Positions 55,675-64,000 of a DNA stretch of 64,000 nucleotides are shown here, one piece after another; within the stretch, counting starts at the first letter, position 1, and every line of letters begins with the position of its first letter. The notes under the pieces were generated by a model that was given only the letters and a program-made list of their open reading frames with translations, did not search any database and had not been told where the DNA came from. The DNA comes from Candidatus Omnitrophota bacterium (GTDB lineage Bacteria; Omnitrophota; Gorgyraeia; Zapsychrales; Fredricksoniimonadaceae), in the NCBI GenBank assembly GCA_044225175.1, contig JBGAJA010000001.1:742711-806710 (forward strand), read 5' to 3'. Both the position numbers and the translations under genes were made by a program.

Positions 55675-57266
55675 ACTATTTTAGCATTACTGCGATTTTA
55701 AATTCATTAACAAGCGCCTTGGCATGTATCTTTATACTTTTAAACAATACAACAACTAAAACAAATCAATATTTTGCTCTGTTTGCATTTGCTGTATCTA
55801 TATGGGCGTTCTTTTTTCGAGTATACGCTTCAAATGAAGCTTCACAGGAAGAAGCATTATTAGCTATGCGAATAGCTATTGGGGTCGCCATCTTTATCCC
55901 AACTCTCTTCTTACATTTTGCAACACACTTAATCAATGAAAATGGTAAGCATCTAAATACATTGCGCTTATTATATTTATTTACTTGTATTATAGCCTTA
56001 ACAGCATTCTCTCCACTATTCATTAAAGATGCTAAACAATATTTGCTTTTTAAATATTGGCCTGAGCCTGGTCCAACTTATATTTTCCACACTCTTAATT
56101 ACGTATTTGTTCCACTTCTAGGTTTTAAAATTTTATATTCAAAAATTAAAATAACAGCAGGACATAAACAAAAACAATTAAAGTTAGTATTTTGGGGAGT
56201 TCTTCTAGCCTATCTTGGAGGATTAACAAATTTTCCACTGTCATATAACTTCCCTTTACTGCCAATAGGCAACGTATTCGTTTCTTTCTATATAGCTTTT
56301 ATTACATATGCGATCTTTAAATACCAATTAATGGATATTAATATCATTCTTAAAAAAAGCTTAATTTATACAATTTTAATTTCAATAATTACTGTCTTTT
56401 ATTTAATTCTTATTTATCTTACCGAACATATCATTCAATCTTTATTGGGGTATAAGTCTCTACTCGTATCCATTATATCAGCTACTGGCATTGCATTAGC
56501 TTTCATACCTTTAAAAAACTTTGTTCAGGATTTTGTAGAAAAGTCTTTCTTTAGCGGATCATATACTAAAATTTCTGAAGAGAATGATCTATTAAGGGAT
56601 GAAGTTGCTCAAACTGAAAAATTTAAAGTAATTGCTAATCTAGCTAGCAATATTGCTCATGAGATAAAGAACCCCCTCACTGCCCTCAAAACTTTTAATG
56701 AATATTTACCTCAAAAAAAGAATGATCCTGAATTCTTTAACAAATACCAAACTATTGTCGCTCAAGAATTGGAACGTATTAATAACTTAGCACAAGAGCT
56801 ATTAGCTTTTGCTAAACCGTGCCCGCCACAAATGCAGCAAATTAATCCTAATGATGTCATTAACCAAGTCCTTCATTTGGTTCAACAAAAGTGTACAGTT
56901 AATAAAATCGACATTGAGACTGAATTTAAAGGTAATATCCATTTAGATGCGGATCCTAATCAGCTTAAACAAGCTTTATTGAATTTGATTCTAAACTCCC
57001 TTGATGCGATGTCTAATGGTGGAATCTTAAGAATCTCCACCAAAACTCAAAATATACATTACACAATCGACATTTTAGATACGGGCTGCGGAATTGATCC
57101 CAAAAACCTCCCACACATATTTGAGCCCTTTTATACTAAAAAAGAAAAAGGAACAGGGCTAGGCCTTGCCATTACGCAGGGAATTGTTGAAAAACATGGC
57201 GGGAAATTAACAGTAGAAAGCAAATTAAACCAAGGAACCACATTTAGAATAATCTTACCGATATGA
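55671..57266 (+). CDS. Sensor histidine kinase 3 of tandem array
   Basis: 531 aa. The kinase core is near-identical to HK1 (e.g. AEENDLLR[V/D]EVAQTEKFK..., [15 protein letters not shown]). Confidence 0.85.
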   Translation: MNYFSITAILNSLTSALACIFILLNNTTTKTNQYFALFAFAVSIWAFFFRVYASNEASQEEALLAMRIAIGVAIFIPTLFLHFATHLINENGKHLNTLRLLYLFTCIIALTAFSPLFIKDAKQYLLFKYWPEPGPTYIFHTLNYVFVPLLGFKILYSKIKITAGHKQKQLKLVFWGVLLAYLGGLTNFPLSYNFPLLPIGNVFVSFYIAFITYAIFKYQLMDINIILKKSLIYTILISIITVFYLILIYLTEHIIQSLLGYKSLLVSIISATGIALAFIPLKNFVQDFVEKSFFSGSYTKISEENDLLRDEVAQTEKFKVIANLASNIAHEIKNPLTALKTFNEYLPQKKNDPEFFNKYQTIVAQELERINNLAQELLAFAKPCPPQMQQINPNDVINQVLHLVQQKCTVNKIDIETEFKGNIHLDADPNQLKQALLNLILNSLDAMSNGGILRISTKTQNIHYTIDILDTGCGIDPKNLPHIFEPFYTKKEKGTGLGLAITQGIVEKHGGKLTVESKLNQGTTFRIILPI

Positions 57267-58870
57267 CATTCTTTATTATTACCAGCTTTATCAACGCTTT
57301 ATCTTCTGGATTTTGTTGTTTATTTATTCTCTTGAATAATATTAAATCTAAACCTGCTAAATCGTTTGCAATATTCTTTTGTTTCGTAGCTCTGTGGTCT
57401 TTCTTTTATTTCTTAAGCATGCTTGCCACGGAATATAACGAAGCGATTTTCTATTCAAGAGCTTTAAATACACTAGCACTATTTATCCCTCCAGCTTTCT
57501 TAAAATTTTGTATTGAATATACAAATGAAAAAAACTTGTTATTTAGAAGAATATTATTTCTTTTCTTCATCATTGATCTAGCTATCCTACCTTTTGTTAA
57601 TACTCCATACTTTATTGTAACTATGAAGCATGTTCTATTCTTTAAATTCTGGCCTCAAGCAGGCATACTCTTTCACATTTCTTTTATACAATACATGATT
57701 ATCATTCCTATTTCACTCCATCTTCTAAGGAAAAAACTAATTCAATCGACTAGACAAAATTCTCACCAACTAAAAATTTTAGTTTATTCTTTATTAATTG
57801 GATTTCTAGGAGGAGGAACAAATTATTGCCTTTGTTTAAATATTCCCATTGCACCCTATGGAAACCTACTAGTGTGCGTCATTGCTTTTGGTTTTCTTTA
57901 TTTGGTTTTTAAATATCAAATTATGGACCTGAAAATAACTCTTTCCAGAGGTCTTGCATATACCATACTAATTTTTCTTATCACTTTATCCTACTTTACA
58001 ACCACCTACATAACAGATTCTTACTTACAAAGACTCACGGGTTATAAATCTTTTCTTTTTTCATTTTTAATCGCCACAATTACTGCTTTAGCTTTTGTGC
58101 CTTTGAGAAATTACCTTCAAAACTTAATAGACAAGTTCTTCTTTAAAAAGTCGATACAGGAAGTGGAAGAAGAAAATCTTTTTCTAAGGCAAGAAATAAC
58201 CCAGTCAGACCGTCTTAAATCTATAGCTATACTAGCAAGTGGCATGGCCCATGAAATCAAGAATCCTCTCACCGTTCTTAAAACCTTCACTGAATACTTG
58301 CCCAAAAAAATGGACGACAAAGAATTCTTAAAAAAGTTTACTCCTATGGTTGCCGAGGAAGTTACCCGTATTGATAATTTGGTGCATGAACTTCTTGATT
58401 TTGCTAAGCCTGCTTCTCCTGTTCTTAAACCACTTAAAATCAAAGAGCATGTTCAAAGCACCCTAGATCTTTTGAGCAATGAGTACATTAAACACAATAT
58501 CAAAACAACTACGGATTTTCTTTTACCGGCTGATACCACAGTCATGCTTGATCCAAATCAAATTAGACAAGCTCTCTTAAACATACTTCTTAATGCCATT
58601 GATGCTATGCCAACAGGTGGACAATTAAATATAGGAATATATAGCTCTTCTGAGGGTACGATTAACATTAAAATCCAAGATTCAGGGCCAGGAATTGACC
58701 CTAAGGATTTGCCTCATATTTTTGATCCATTTTATTCCAAAAAAGACAATGGAACTGGCTTAGGCCTTGCCATTACTTATGAAATTGTTCGAAATCACGG
58801 TGGGAAGATTTTTGTGGAAAGCTCTAAAGGTAAAGGTGCGGCGTTTGTGCTGGAATTTCCTTCTATCTAA
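57263..58870 (+). CDS. Sensor histidine kinase 4 of tandem array
   Basis: 535 aa. More divergent paralog. H-box [12 protein letters not shown]. Same TM-sensor layout including the conserved KYQ(I/L)MD(I/L) amphipathic linker. Confidence 0.85.
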   Translation: MTFFIITSFINALSSGFCCLFILLNNIKSKPAKSFAIFFCFVALWSFFYFLSMLATEYNEAIFYSRALNTLALFIPPAFLKFCIEYTNEKNLLFRRILFLFFIIDLAILPFVNTPYFIVTMKHVLFFKFWPQAGILFHISFIQYMIIIPISLHLLRKKLIQSTRQNSHQLKILVYSLLIGFLGGGTNYCLCLNIPIAPYGNLLVCVIAFGFLYLVFKYQIMDLKITLSRGLAYTILIFLITLSYFTTTYITDSYLQRLTGYKSFLFSFLIATITALAFVPLRNYLQNLIDKFFFKKSIQEVEEENLFLRQEITQSDRLKSIAILASGMAHEIKNPLTVLKTFTEYLPKKMDDKEFLKKFTPMVAEEVTRIDNLVHELLDFAKPASPVLKPLKIKEHVQSTLDLLSNEYIKHNIKTTTDFLLPADTTVMLDPNQIRQALLNILLNAIDAMPTGGQLNIGIYSSSEGTINIKIQDSGPGIDPKDLPHIFDPFYSKKDNGTGLGLAITYEIVRNHGGKIFVESSKGKGAAFVLEFPSI

Positions 58871-60054
58871 AGCTCACCCTTTTTAAATAATTCTACTAGG
58901 GCAGCAACTGGCATTGGATTAAACTGGGCACCCTTGCAATTCTGAATCTCAATCATGGCCTGATCTTTACTCAAACCCTTACGATAGGAACGATCTGTTG
59001 TCATTGCATCAAAGGCATCGGCAACAGCAATGATCGAGGCAACTAAAGGTATTTCATCTCCCTTTAATCCTTCTGGATAACCTTTTCCATCATAACGCTC
59101 ATGATGATATTTAACTCCATTAATACACTCTTTGAAGCCTGTTAGAGGGGCCAAAATTTCTGCACCTCTGGTTGTATGGGTCTTCATGATTTCGTATTCT
59201 TCAGCAGTTAATTTGTCTTGTTTGCTTAAGATAGCTTCTGGTATGGCAATTTTTCCAATATCATGCAAGAGCCCAGAAATATAAAGATTTTCAAAAAACT
59301 TAGGCGGAAATTCAGATAATCCTGAAGCTTCCATTTGCCTGGCTATGGCTAAAGAATATTTAGTCACACGCTCCGTATGACCATGAATGTAGGCATCTTT
59401 GGCTTCGATGGCTGAAGCTAAGGCAATGGTTGTTTGAATGAAAAGATTGCGATTTCGCTCAGCTTCGCGTTTTAAATCTTCAAAAAGCTGGGCATTACGA
59501 ATGGCCATGGCCACATCAGAAGCTAAGGCTGAAAAGAAATCTAGCTCCTCCTGTTCAAATCTCTCCCCATCATATTTTGGTCCAAGAATTAAAATCGCCA
59601 TTAACGCATGCTGATGATAGGCTGGCACACAGGCAACCGCATTAAGCTTTGGCATGATCGTACTTACATCATGCAACAATTGTTTAGTCCCATTGCCGTT
59701 TGAAATAATACTTTCTTTCCAAAGCAATTTATTAATATCTTCACTTAAAATAGCATTACGGCCGGCAACCAAATATTTATGTTCCTTCTCTATAAAAAGA
59801 CGAATTAAAGGACTTTTTTTATCAAAACGTACAAAACCTTCAGGAATTTTTGATCCCGGCTGACCTTTAGAGATGGACATAATATAAACATCCTTTTGAG
59901 TGTCATGAAGAATCATGCCGGCATGCTCAAGATGGACTTTATGGACAATGGAACGGACAATAAGTTTAATGAGAAGTTTAGGGTCATGAATGAGAATCAT
60001 GCCCTTGGAAGCGGATTCAAGCTCTTTTTTATAGTCAATCTTAACTGAGGCCAT
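58867..60054 (-). CDS. HD-GYP domain phosphodiesterase with N-terminal GAF-like domain
   Basis: 395 aa. HD motif LLHDIGKIAIPE and HHERYDGKGYP (HD-GYP signature). Confidence 0.85.
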   Translation of the reverse strand: MASVKIDYKKELESASKGMILIHDPKLLIKLIVRSIVHKVHLEHAGMILHDTQKDVYIMSISKGQPGSKIPEGFVRFDKKSPLIRLFIEKEHKYLVAGRNAILSEDINKLLWKESIISNGNGTKQLLHDVSTIMPKLNAVACVPAYHQHALMAILILGPKYDGERFEQEELDFFSALASDVAMAIRNAQLFEDLKREAERNRNLFIQTTIALASAIEAKDAYIHGHTERVTKYSLAIARQMEASGLSEFPPKFFENLYISGLLHDIGKIAIPEAILSKQDKLTAEEYEIMKTHTTRGAEILAPLTGFKECINGVKYHHERYDGKGYPEGLKGDEIPLVASIIAVADAFDAMTTDRSYRKGLSKDQAMIEIQNCKGAQFNPMPVAALVELFKKGEL

Positions 60055-60416
60055 TATTTTTTATTTAATTCAGATAGGACAATTTGTTCAAGCTCTTCAA
60101 GCACTAACGGTTTGTGGATAAACCCGACTACACCTAATGCTTTAGTTTCCTTAATAGTTTCTTCATCTTCAACACCGGAAACCATGATGATCTTTGTTGA
60201 TTGGTCTTTTTTTCGAAGCTCTTTGAGGACTTCCACACCAGTCATTTGCTCCATGCGCACATCTAATAACACTAAATCAGGCTTTTCCATCAAAATAATC
60301 TCCAAAGCTTCTGCTCCACCGCTTGCCGTAAAAACTTCAATATTTCGTTTCTTAAAATAACTTTTAGCAAATTCTCTGATGTCAATTTCATCATCTACAA
60401 TCAATAACTTAGACAT
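60054..60416 (-). CDS. Single-domain response regulator (receiver)
   Basis: The likely start is MSKLLIVDDEIDIRE (AAGGAGG 9 nt upstream). The track ORF starts 6 codons earlier. Phospho-acceptor D in LVLLDVRM. Confidence 0.8.
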   Translation of the reverse strand: MSKLLIVDDEIDIREFAKSYFKKRNIEVFTASGGAEALEIILMEKPDLVLLDVRMEQMTGVEVLKELRKKDQSTKIIMVSGVEDEETIKETKALGVVGFIHKPLVLEELEQIVLSELNKK

Positions 60417-62577
60417 TAGATTGACCTCCTTCAAAACTCAAAGGTAACAAAAGCTTCATTTGAGTTCCCTGCATGTATTTCGACGAGAACTCAACCTTCC
60501 CTTTGTGATTATCTTCAATGATCTTTCGAATCACATAAAGCCCCAATCCAGTTCCTTTTTTACTTGAAAGCTTAGTTGTAAAAAATGGCGTAAAAAGCTT
60601 GGTTGAATCTTCATCCTTGACTCCAATACCATTATCTTCAAAAATCATTTCAAGATTTTCACCTTGTATCTTGGCATAAATATTCAAAATAGGATGATAA
60701 CCTTCTTCTTTAAGATCATTCTTACGCTGCATCATCGCATCATAACCATTATCAATAAGATTAAAGAAGACTTCCTGAAGCTGCGTCGAATTCCCCTTAA
60801 CCTTTGGCAAAGTATTTATATCATACTTTCGAACCAATGACATTTGAGAAGTTTTAATTTTAAATTGCGCCATTTCATAAGCATTAGAAATAACCGCATC
60901 CACGTCAGTTGGAACAAAACCATCCTGACCCTTTCGAGTATATCTTAAAAGACCTTGAACAACTTCCCCACCCTGCTTCACATTATCCTGAACTCTATTA
61001 AACGCTCTTTCGAGATCTTTAAGAACATCTTTGATTTTATCCGTCATCTCTAGATGTTTAGACAAATTAATTGTATCCAAAGCATCCCCCGCAATAAATC
61101 CAAGCGCATGAAATCGATTATTAATCTGATGAGAAAGACCATCCGCCATGGTCCCAATAGTCGCCATCTTTTCAGCTTGAAAAAGCTGCTGTTGAGTAAT
61201 TTTCATATCTTCATAAAATTTAGCATTTTCAATAGCTAAAGCTGCTTGACTGGCAAGAATAGTAAATACAGCTAAATCATCTTCTGAAAAAAGTTTACCA
61301 CTTTCCTTTTTGCCCATAGCTACAAAAGCAAATAGCCGACTATCTATATAAATTGGAACTATTAAAGCCGCTTTTACTTCTTCAATCTCATTTTCAACTG
61401 AAGTCAACATAGGATCTTTATAATCCAAAGCTTTTTGTTTAATCTCTTCAAAAATAATAGAATTATGATGTTCCTTTAAATAAGATATCAAAAATGATTT
61501 TTCAGAAATTTGAGCAATAAAGGAACTCCGAGAACTTCGAAGCTTTAGTGCTCCTAGCTTATATATCTTCTTAGGTTCATCGTAAATATAAATAACACTA
61601 TGTTCCAGACGGACTGAACGGGTTAAAATAAATACAATTAAATTAAGTAATTTTTTTAAATCTTTAATTCTGCCCATACCTGCCGAGGCTTTTCGTAAGG
61701 TAGCTTGATATGATTTTTGTTCTTTAAGGAGTCGGTCTTCTGCACGTTTTTGGATGTAAAAATAAATAAATGGCCCCGCAACTGCAAACCAACCCATCAT
61801 ACCCATAGGTATTAGCCATAACCCTTTTCCTAACAATTGAAAGCCGACCCAAATTGGAATACCTAGAATTAAAGTATAAACAAAAATAAAAATAGCTACT
61901 CTCGTAACAACAATTTTAATATCTAAAACTTGATATCGGAAAAGAGCATATGTTTGTATTGCTGCATAAACACAAACAAAAAAATGCCAACCAGGATAAA
62001 AATTTATTCCATATGAAGGAATTGCCGTAGTTGCACCACTAACAAACCCTATCAACATCCCATAAATAAGATACTCACATTGTATACGTTTTAGCCCTTT
62101 TGAATTTATCCACTGTTGATATAAATGGACAAAAGCTTTTACAACGATAAGAATCCAAAGAAAGAAGAAAGAATTGAAAGCAATGTTCGCCTTGAAATAA
62201 TAAAATTGTCCAAATTTAAATTCTAAGTCATGTACAACTGTCGTCGTTAAAATGGAGGCAAGAAAAAACAAAGCACCATGTAAATGAGTCAAACGTAAGA
62301 ATAACTTATCTTTAAGGCCACAAAATTCATGGACAGTGTGATAGAAAAAAACTGCTATATAAGCAATACCACAAAAGGATATTTGCCAACTAAAAAAAGC
62401 GTCATTGTAATTACGAGAAACTCCAACTAAAAAAGTGCCAAAACCAAATACTGCAATAGCAGCATTCATAAAACCCCATACTAAATGTAATCTTCTTTTT
62501 GTATTTATGAAAATTATAAAAGCCAGCAAAGAACTGGCTATACCTAGTGATAAACTGGCTAAGACAAATAAATTCAT
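60409..62577 (-). CDS. Sensor histidine kinase with multi-TM sensor + GAF + HisKA + HATPase_c (fifth paralog of the N-terminal sensor type)
   Basis: 722 aa. N-terminal TM bundle ends in RYQVLDIKIVVTR (same motif as the 4 tandem HKs). H-box LSHQINNRFHAL. HATPase motifs (DNGIGV, GTGLGL). Confidence 0.8.
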   Translation of the reverse strand: MNLFVLASLSLGIASSLLAFIIFINTKRRLHLVWGFMNAAIAVFGFGTFLVGVSRNYNDAFFSWQISFCGIAYIAVFFYHTVHEFCGLKDKLFLRLTHLHGALFFLASILTTTVVHDLEFKFGQFYYFKANIAFNSFFFLWILIVVKAFVHLYQQWINSKGLKRIQCEYLIYGMLIGFVSGATTAIPSYGINFYPGWHFFVCVYAAIQTYALFRYQVLDIKIVVTRVAIFIFVYTLILGIPIWVGFQLLGKGLWLIPMGMMGWFAVAGPFIYFYIQKRAEDRLLKEQKSYQATLRKASAGMGRIKDLKKLLNLIVFILTRSVRLEHSVIYIYDEPKKIYKLGALKLRSSRSSFIAQISEKSFLISYLKEHHNSIIFEEIKQKALDYKDPMLTSVENEIEEVKAALIVPIYIDSRLFAFVAMGKKESGKLFSEDDLAVFTILASQAALAIENAKFYEDMKITQQQLFQAEKMATIGTMADGLSHQINNRFHALGFIAGDALDTINLSKHLEMTDKIKDVLKDLERAFNRVQDNVKQGGEVVQGLLRYTRKGQDGFVPTDVDAVISNAYEMAQFKIKTSQMSLVRKYDINTLPKVKGNSTQLQEVFFNLIDNGYDAMMQRKNDLKEEGYHPILNIYAKIQGENLEMIFEDNGIGVKDEDSTKLFTPFFTTKLSSKKGTGLGLYVIRKIIEDNHKGKVEFSSKYMQGTQMKLLLPLSFEGGQSNV

Positions 62578-64000
62578 ATTTTAAGATTTTGCATTAGTTT
62601 AATAAAATTAGTTGGTGTTTTTAAGGGTATGATTTCATTATTTAGAATTGAAACAAATAAAACCTTTTGTCTTGCAGAAGCAAGTTTCTTTATCTTTTTT
62701 CCTTTTTCTGTTTTACTAAATTCAAAATATACTTCCACTCCATTTTCAAAAACTCGATCAATAAACATTTCAACCAATATTTGATCAAAAGGAAAAGCTT
62801 CATTATAGAAATCGATAGAACAGTGAGAACAAAATATTTCTTTTTGCCCTGAATAGTCTTTGTAGAAATCTGGCGAACAAGAATGAAAATACTCATCAGA
62901 TAATTGACCAATCCACTTAGCAAAACTTGCAAAATAAATATTAGAAAGTAAATTTGAGTTTTCAAGAGTAGCAGTTACTAGCTTTTCAAAAACTTTGAAT
63001 TTATTTGGCAAATGAGATCTAAAGATACTTAATTCATCTCCTGAGTAAAAACTAAAGGGTTTGTTATCTTTTAAATTTGGCACCTTTACTCTAGTCGTCT
63101 TAGGACCCATTAAATTTACAAATTGATTCACATAAGATGGGTATTCATCGATCTCTGTTTTACCATCCTGATGGATTTTAATCCAAATTGTGTCCTGCCT
63201 ACAATCAGCTACTTTATATATTCTTTCCCTATTAATTACACTCCACTCATAGTACATATTCATAGTCGATTTCTTATCGCCTTTTACCCCATCCATCCAT
63301 AATTTACCTTCAAGAATATCTCCGATTTGGACCGGATTATAAACATCTAAACTAGTCATTTTAGTAACCATGGATGTTGTACCTATTTTTGCTGTATCTA
63401 AAAATTTCTTAGATATCGGAAAAATACTGTATTCCCTTAAAGTTCCACAAAAATCAAAGTAATTAGTAAAGTAAACATTCTTACTTAACAATTGATTATG
63501 TTTAAATGTTACTGGAAAGTGACATTTAAAAACTAATTGATCTTGAGGACCTTTATAATCAGCATCTACTCCACACAAATCCTTTAACGAAAAACCCAAA
63601 CTTTCAAGCGAATCAAAAGAAATCTTTTCTTGAAGATTTTTATTTTGTTGTTCAATTTTCTGAACATTAGCAATAAAGGTAACTATTTTTTTTCTACCTC
63701 TAGTTAATTCTATTATTCCTGATATGATTCTTTGCTCTTTTCCCAACAGTCTTGACAAAAACAAATAATTACCATTATGTGTTTTTTCATATGTGATTTC
63801 ATCTTGATCTTTTCCTAAAGCCTTATAAATAGTTTCAACAATCGACCAAGCGCATGTACCAGCAATATTAAGCTCTACTCCAATACTAAGTAATTGTTCT
63901 AATATTGATCTTGCTGTTACATTTAATAGCGCTTGCCAGACATCAATATCCCGTTCTTGAATATCTTCAATATCAATTCCTTGTACTGTATTTCCTAAAG
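62574..64000 (-). CDS. Hypothetical protein; 5' end (N-terminus) lies beyond the window
   Basis: The ORF-track start at 63764 is a TTG. The same frame stays open upstream to the window edge (...GTCAWSIVETIYKALGKDQDEITYEKTHNGNYLFLSRLLGKEQ...). The gene therefore begins outside the window. No confident domain call. Confidence 0.5.
   Translation of the reverse strand, partial: LGNTVQGIDIEDIQERDIDVWQALLNVTARSILEQLLSIGVELNIAGTCAWSIVETIYKALGKDQDEITYEKTHNGNYLFLSRLLGKEQRIISGIIELTRGRKKIVTFIANVQKIEQQNKNLQEKISFDSLESLGFSLKDLCGVDADYKGPQDQLVFKCHFPVTFKHNQLLSKNVYFTNYFDFCGTLREYSIFPISKKFLDTAKIGTTSMVTKMTSLDVYNPVQIGDILEGKLWMDGVKGDKKSTMNMYYEWSVINRERIYKVADCRQDTIWIKIHQDGKTEIDEYPSYVNQFVNLMGPKTTRVKVPNLKDNKPFSFYSGDELSIFRSHLPNKFKVFEKLVTATLENSNLLSNIYFASFAKWIGQLSDEYFHSCSPDFYKDYSGQKEIFCSHCSIDFYNEAFPFDQILVEMFIDRVFENGVEVYFEFSKTEKGKKIKKLASARQKVLFVSILNNEIIPLKTPTNFIKLMQNLKI

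Noticed and set aside
52496-58870. Considered whether the four highly similar ~1.6-kb HK units could be a misassembled tandem repeat or CRISPR-like array.
   Set aside because: Units differ substantially in their sensor halves and each has proper start/stop with 4-nt overlaps. These are genuine paralogous genes, not an assembly artefact or CRISPR.

Overview
This is an AT-rich bacterial chromosomal segment (rough impression 35-40% GC, not computed). Genes run on the minus strand up to about 51.4 kb, then switch to the plus strand.

The housekeeping backbone is recognisable:
- tRNA-Ser, tadA, tRNA-Arg
- tsaD, a YibQ-like deacetylase, an S41 protease, gatCAB, a YbgC-like thioesterase
- ksgA-pdxA-surA, a compact mfd-like gene, secDF-yajC-rpsP, a trpE-like gene
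- a his operon (hisD, hisB, hisH, hisA, hisF, hisI), alaS-recX-recA, rsmE, spoVG

Accessory material is interleaved with it:
- An IS element with ~50-bp terminal inverted repeats and a 19-bp direct repeat, sitting beside tRNA-Arg.
- A strongly expressed-looking N/Q/S/D-rich disordered protein next to a DUF2231-Ku-LigD NHEJ operon.
- A bactofilin paired with an excisionase-type HTH protein.
- A Fic/HTH ('mobile mystery protein B/A') pair with tandem palindromic operators.
- A RelE/Phd toxin-antitoxin pair with an operator palindrome.

The most unusual content is two paralogous secreted proteins, a 2991-aa giant and an 875-aa relative, that share N- and C-terminal modules.
- The giant carries Hsp90/sacsin-like GHKL ATPase motifs, PD40-like beta-propeller repeats and a C-terminal HExxH.
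- Both genes are peppered with a family of GC-rich double-hairpin palindromic elements (TGTAGGGG...CCCCTACA, ~54-59 bp). Three copies are inserted in-frame into the CDSs and one is intergenic between rpsP and the trpE-like gene.
- Stem sequences differ between copies by compensatory changes.
- Related TGTCA-ended double hairpins occur at two further intergenic sites.

The last 12 kb holds a plus-strand array of four tandem paralogous multi-TM sensor histidine kinases, preceded by an HTH-cupin regulator and a CheY-like receiver. It is followed by an HD-GYP phosphodiesterase, a second receiver and a fifth related GAF-containing kinase. No DNA-binding response regulator is present.
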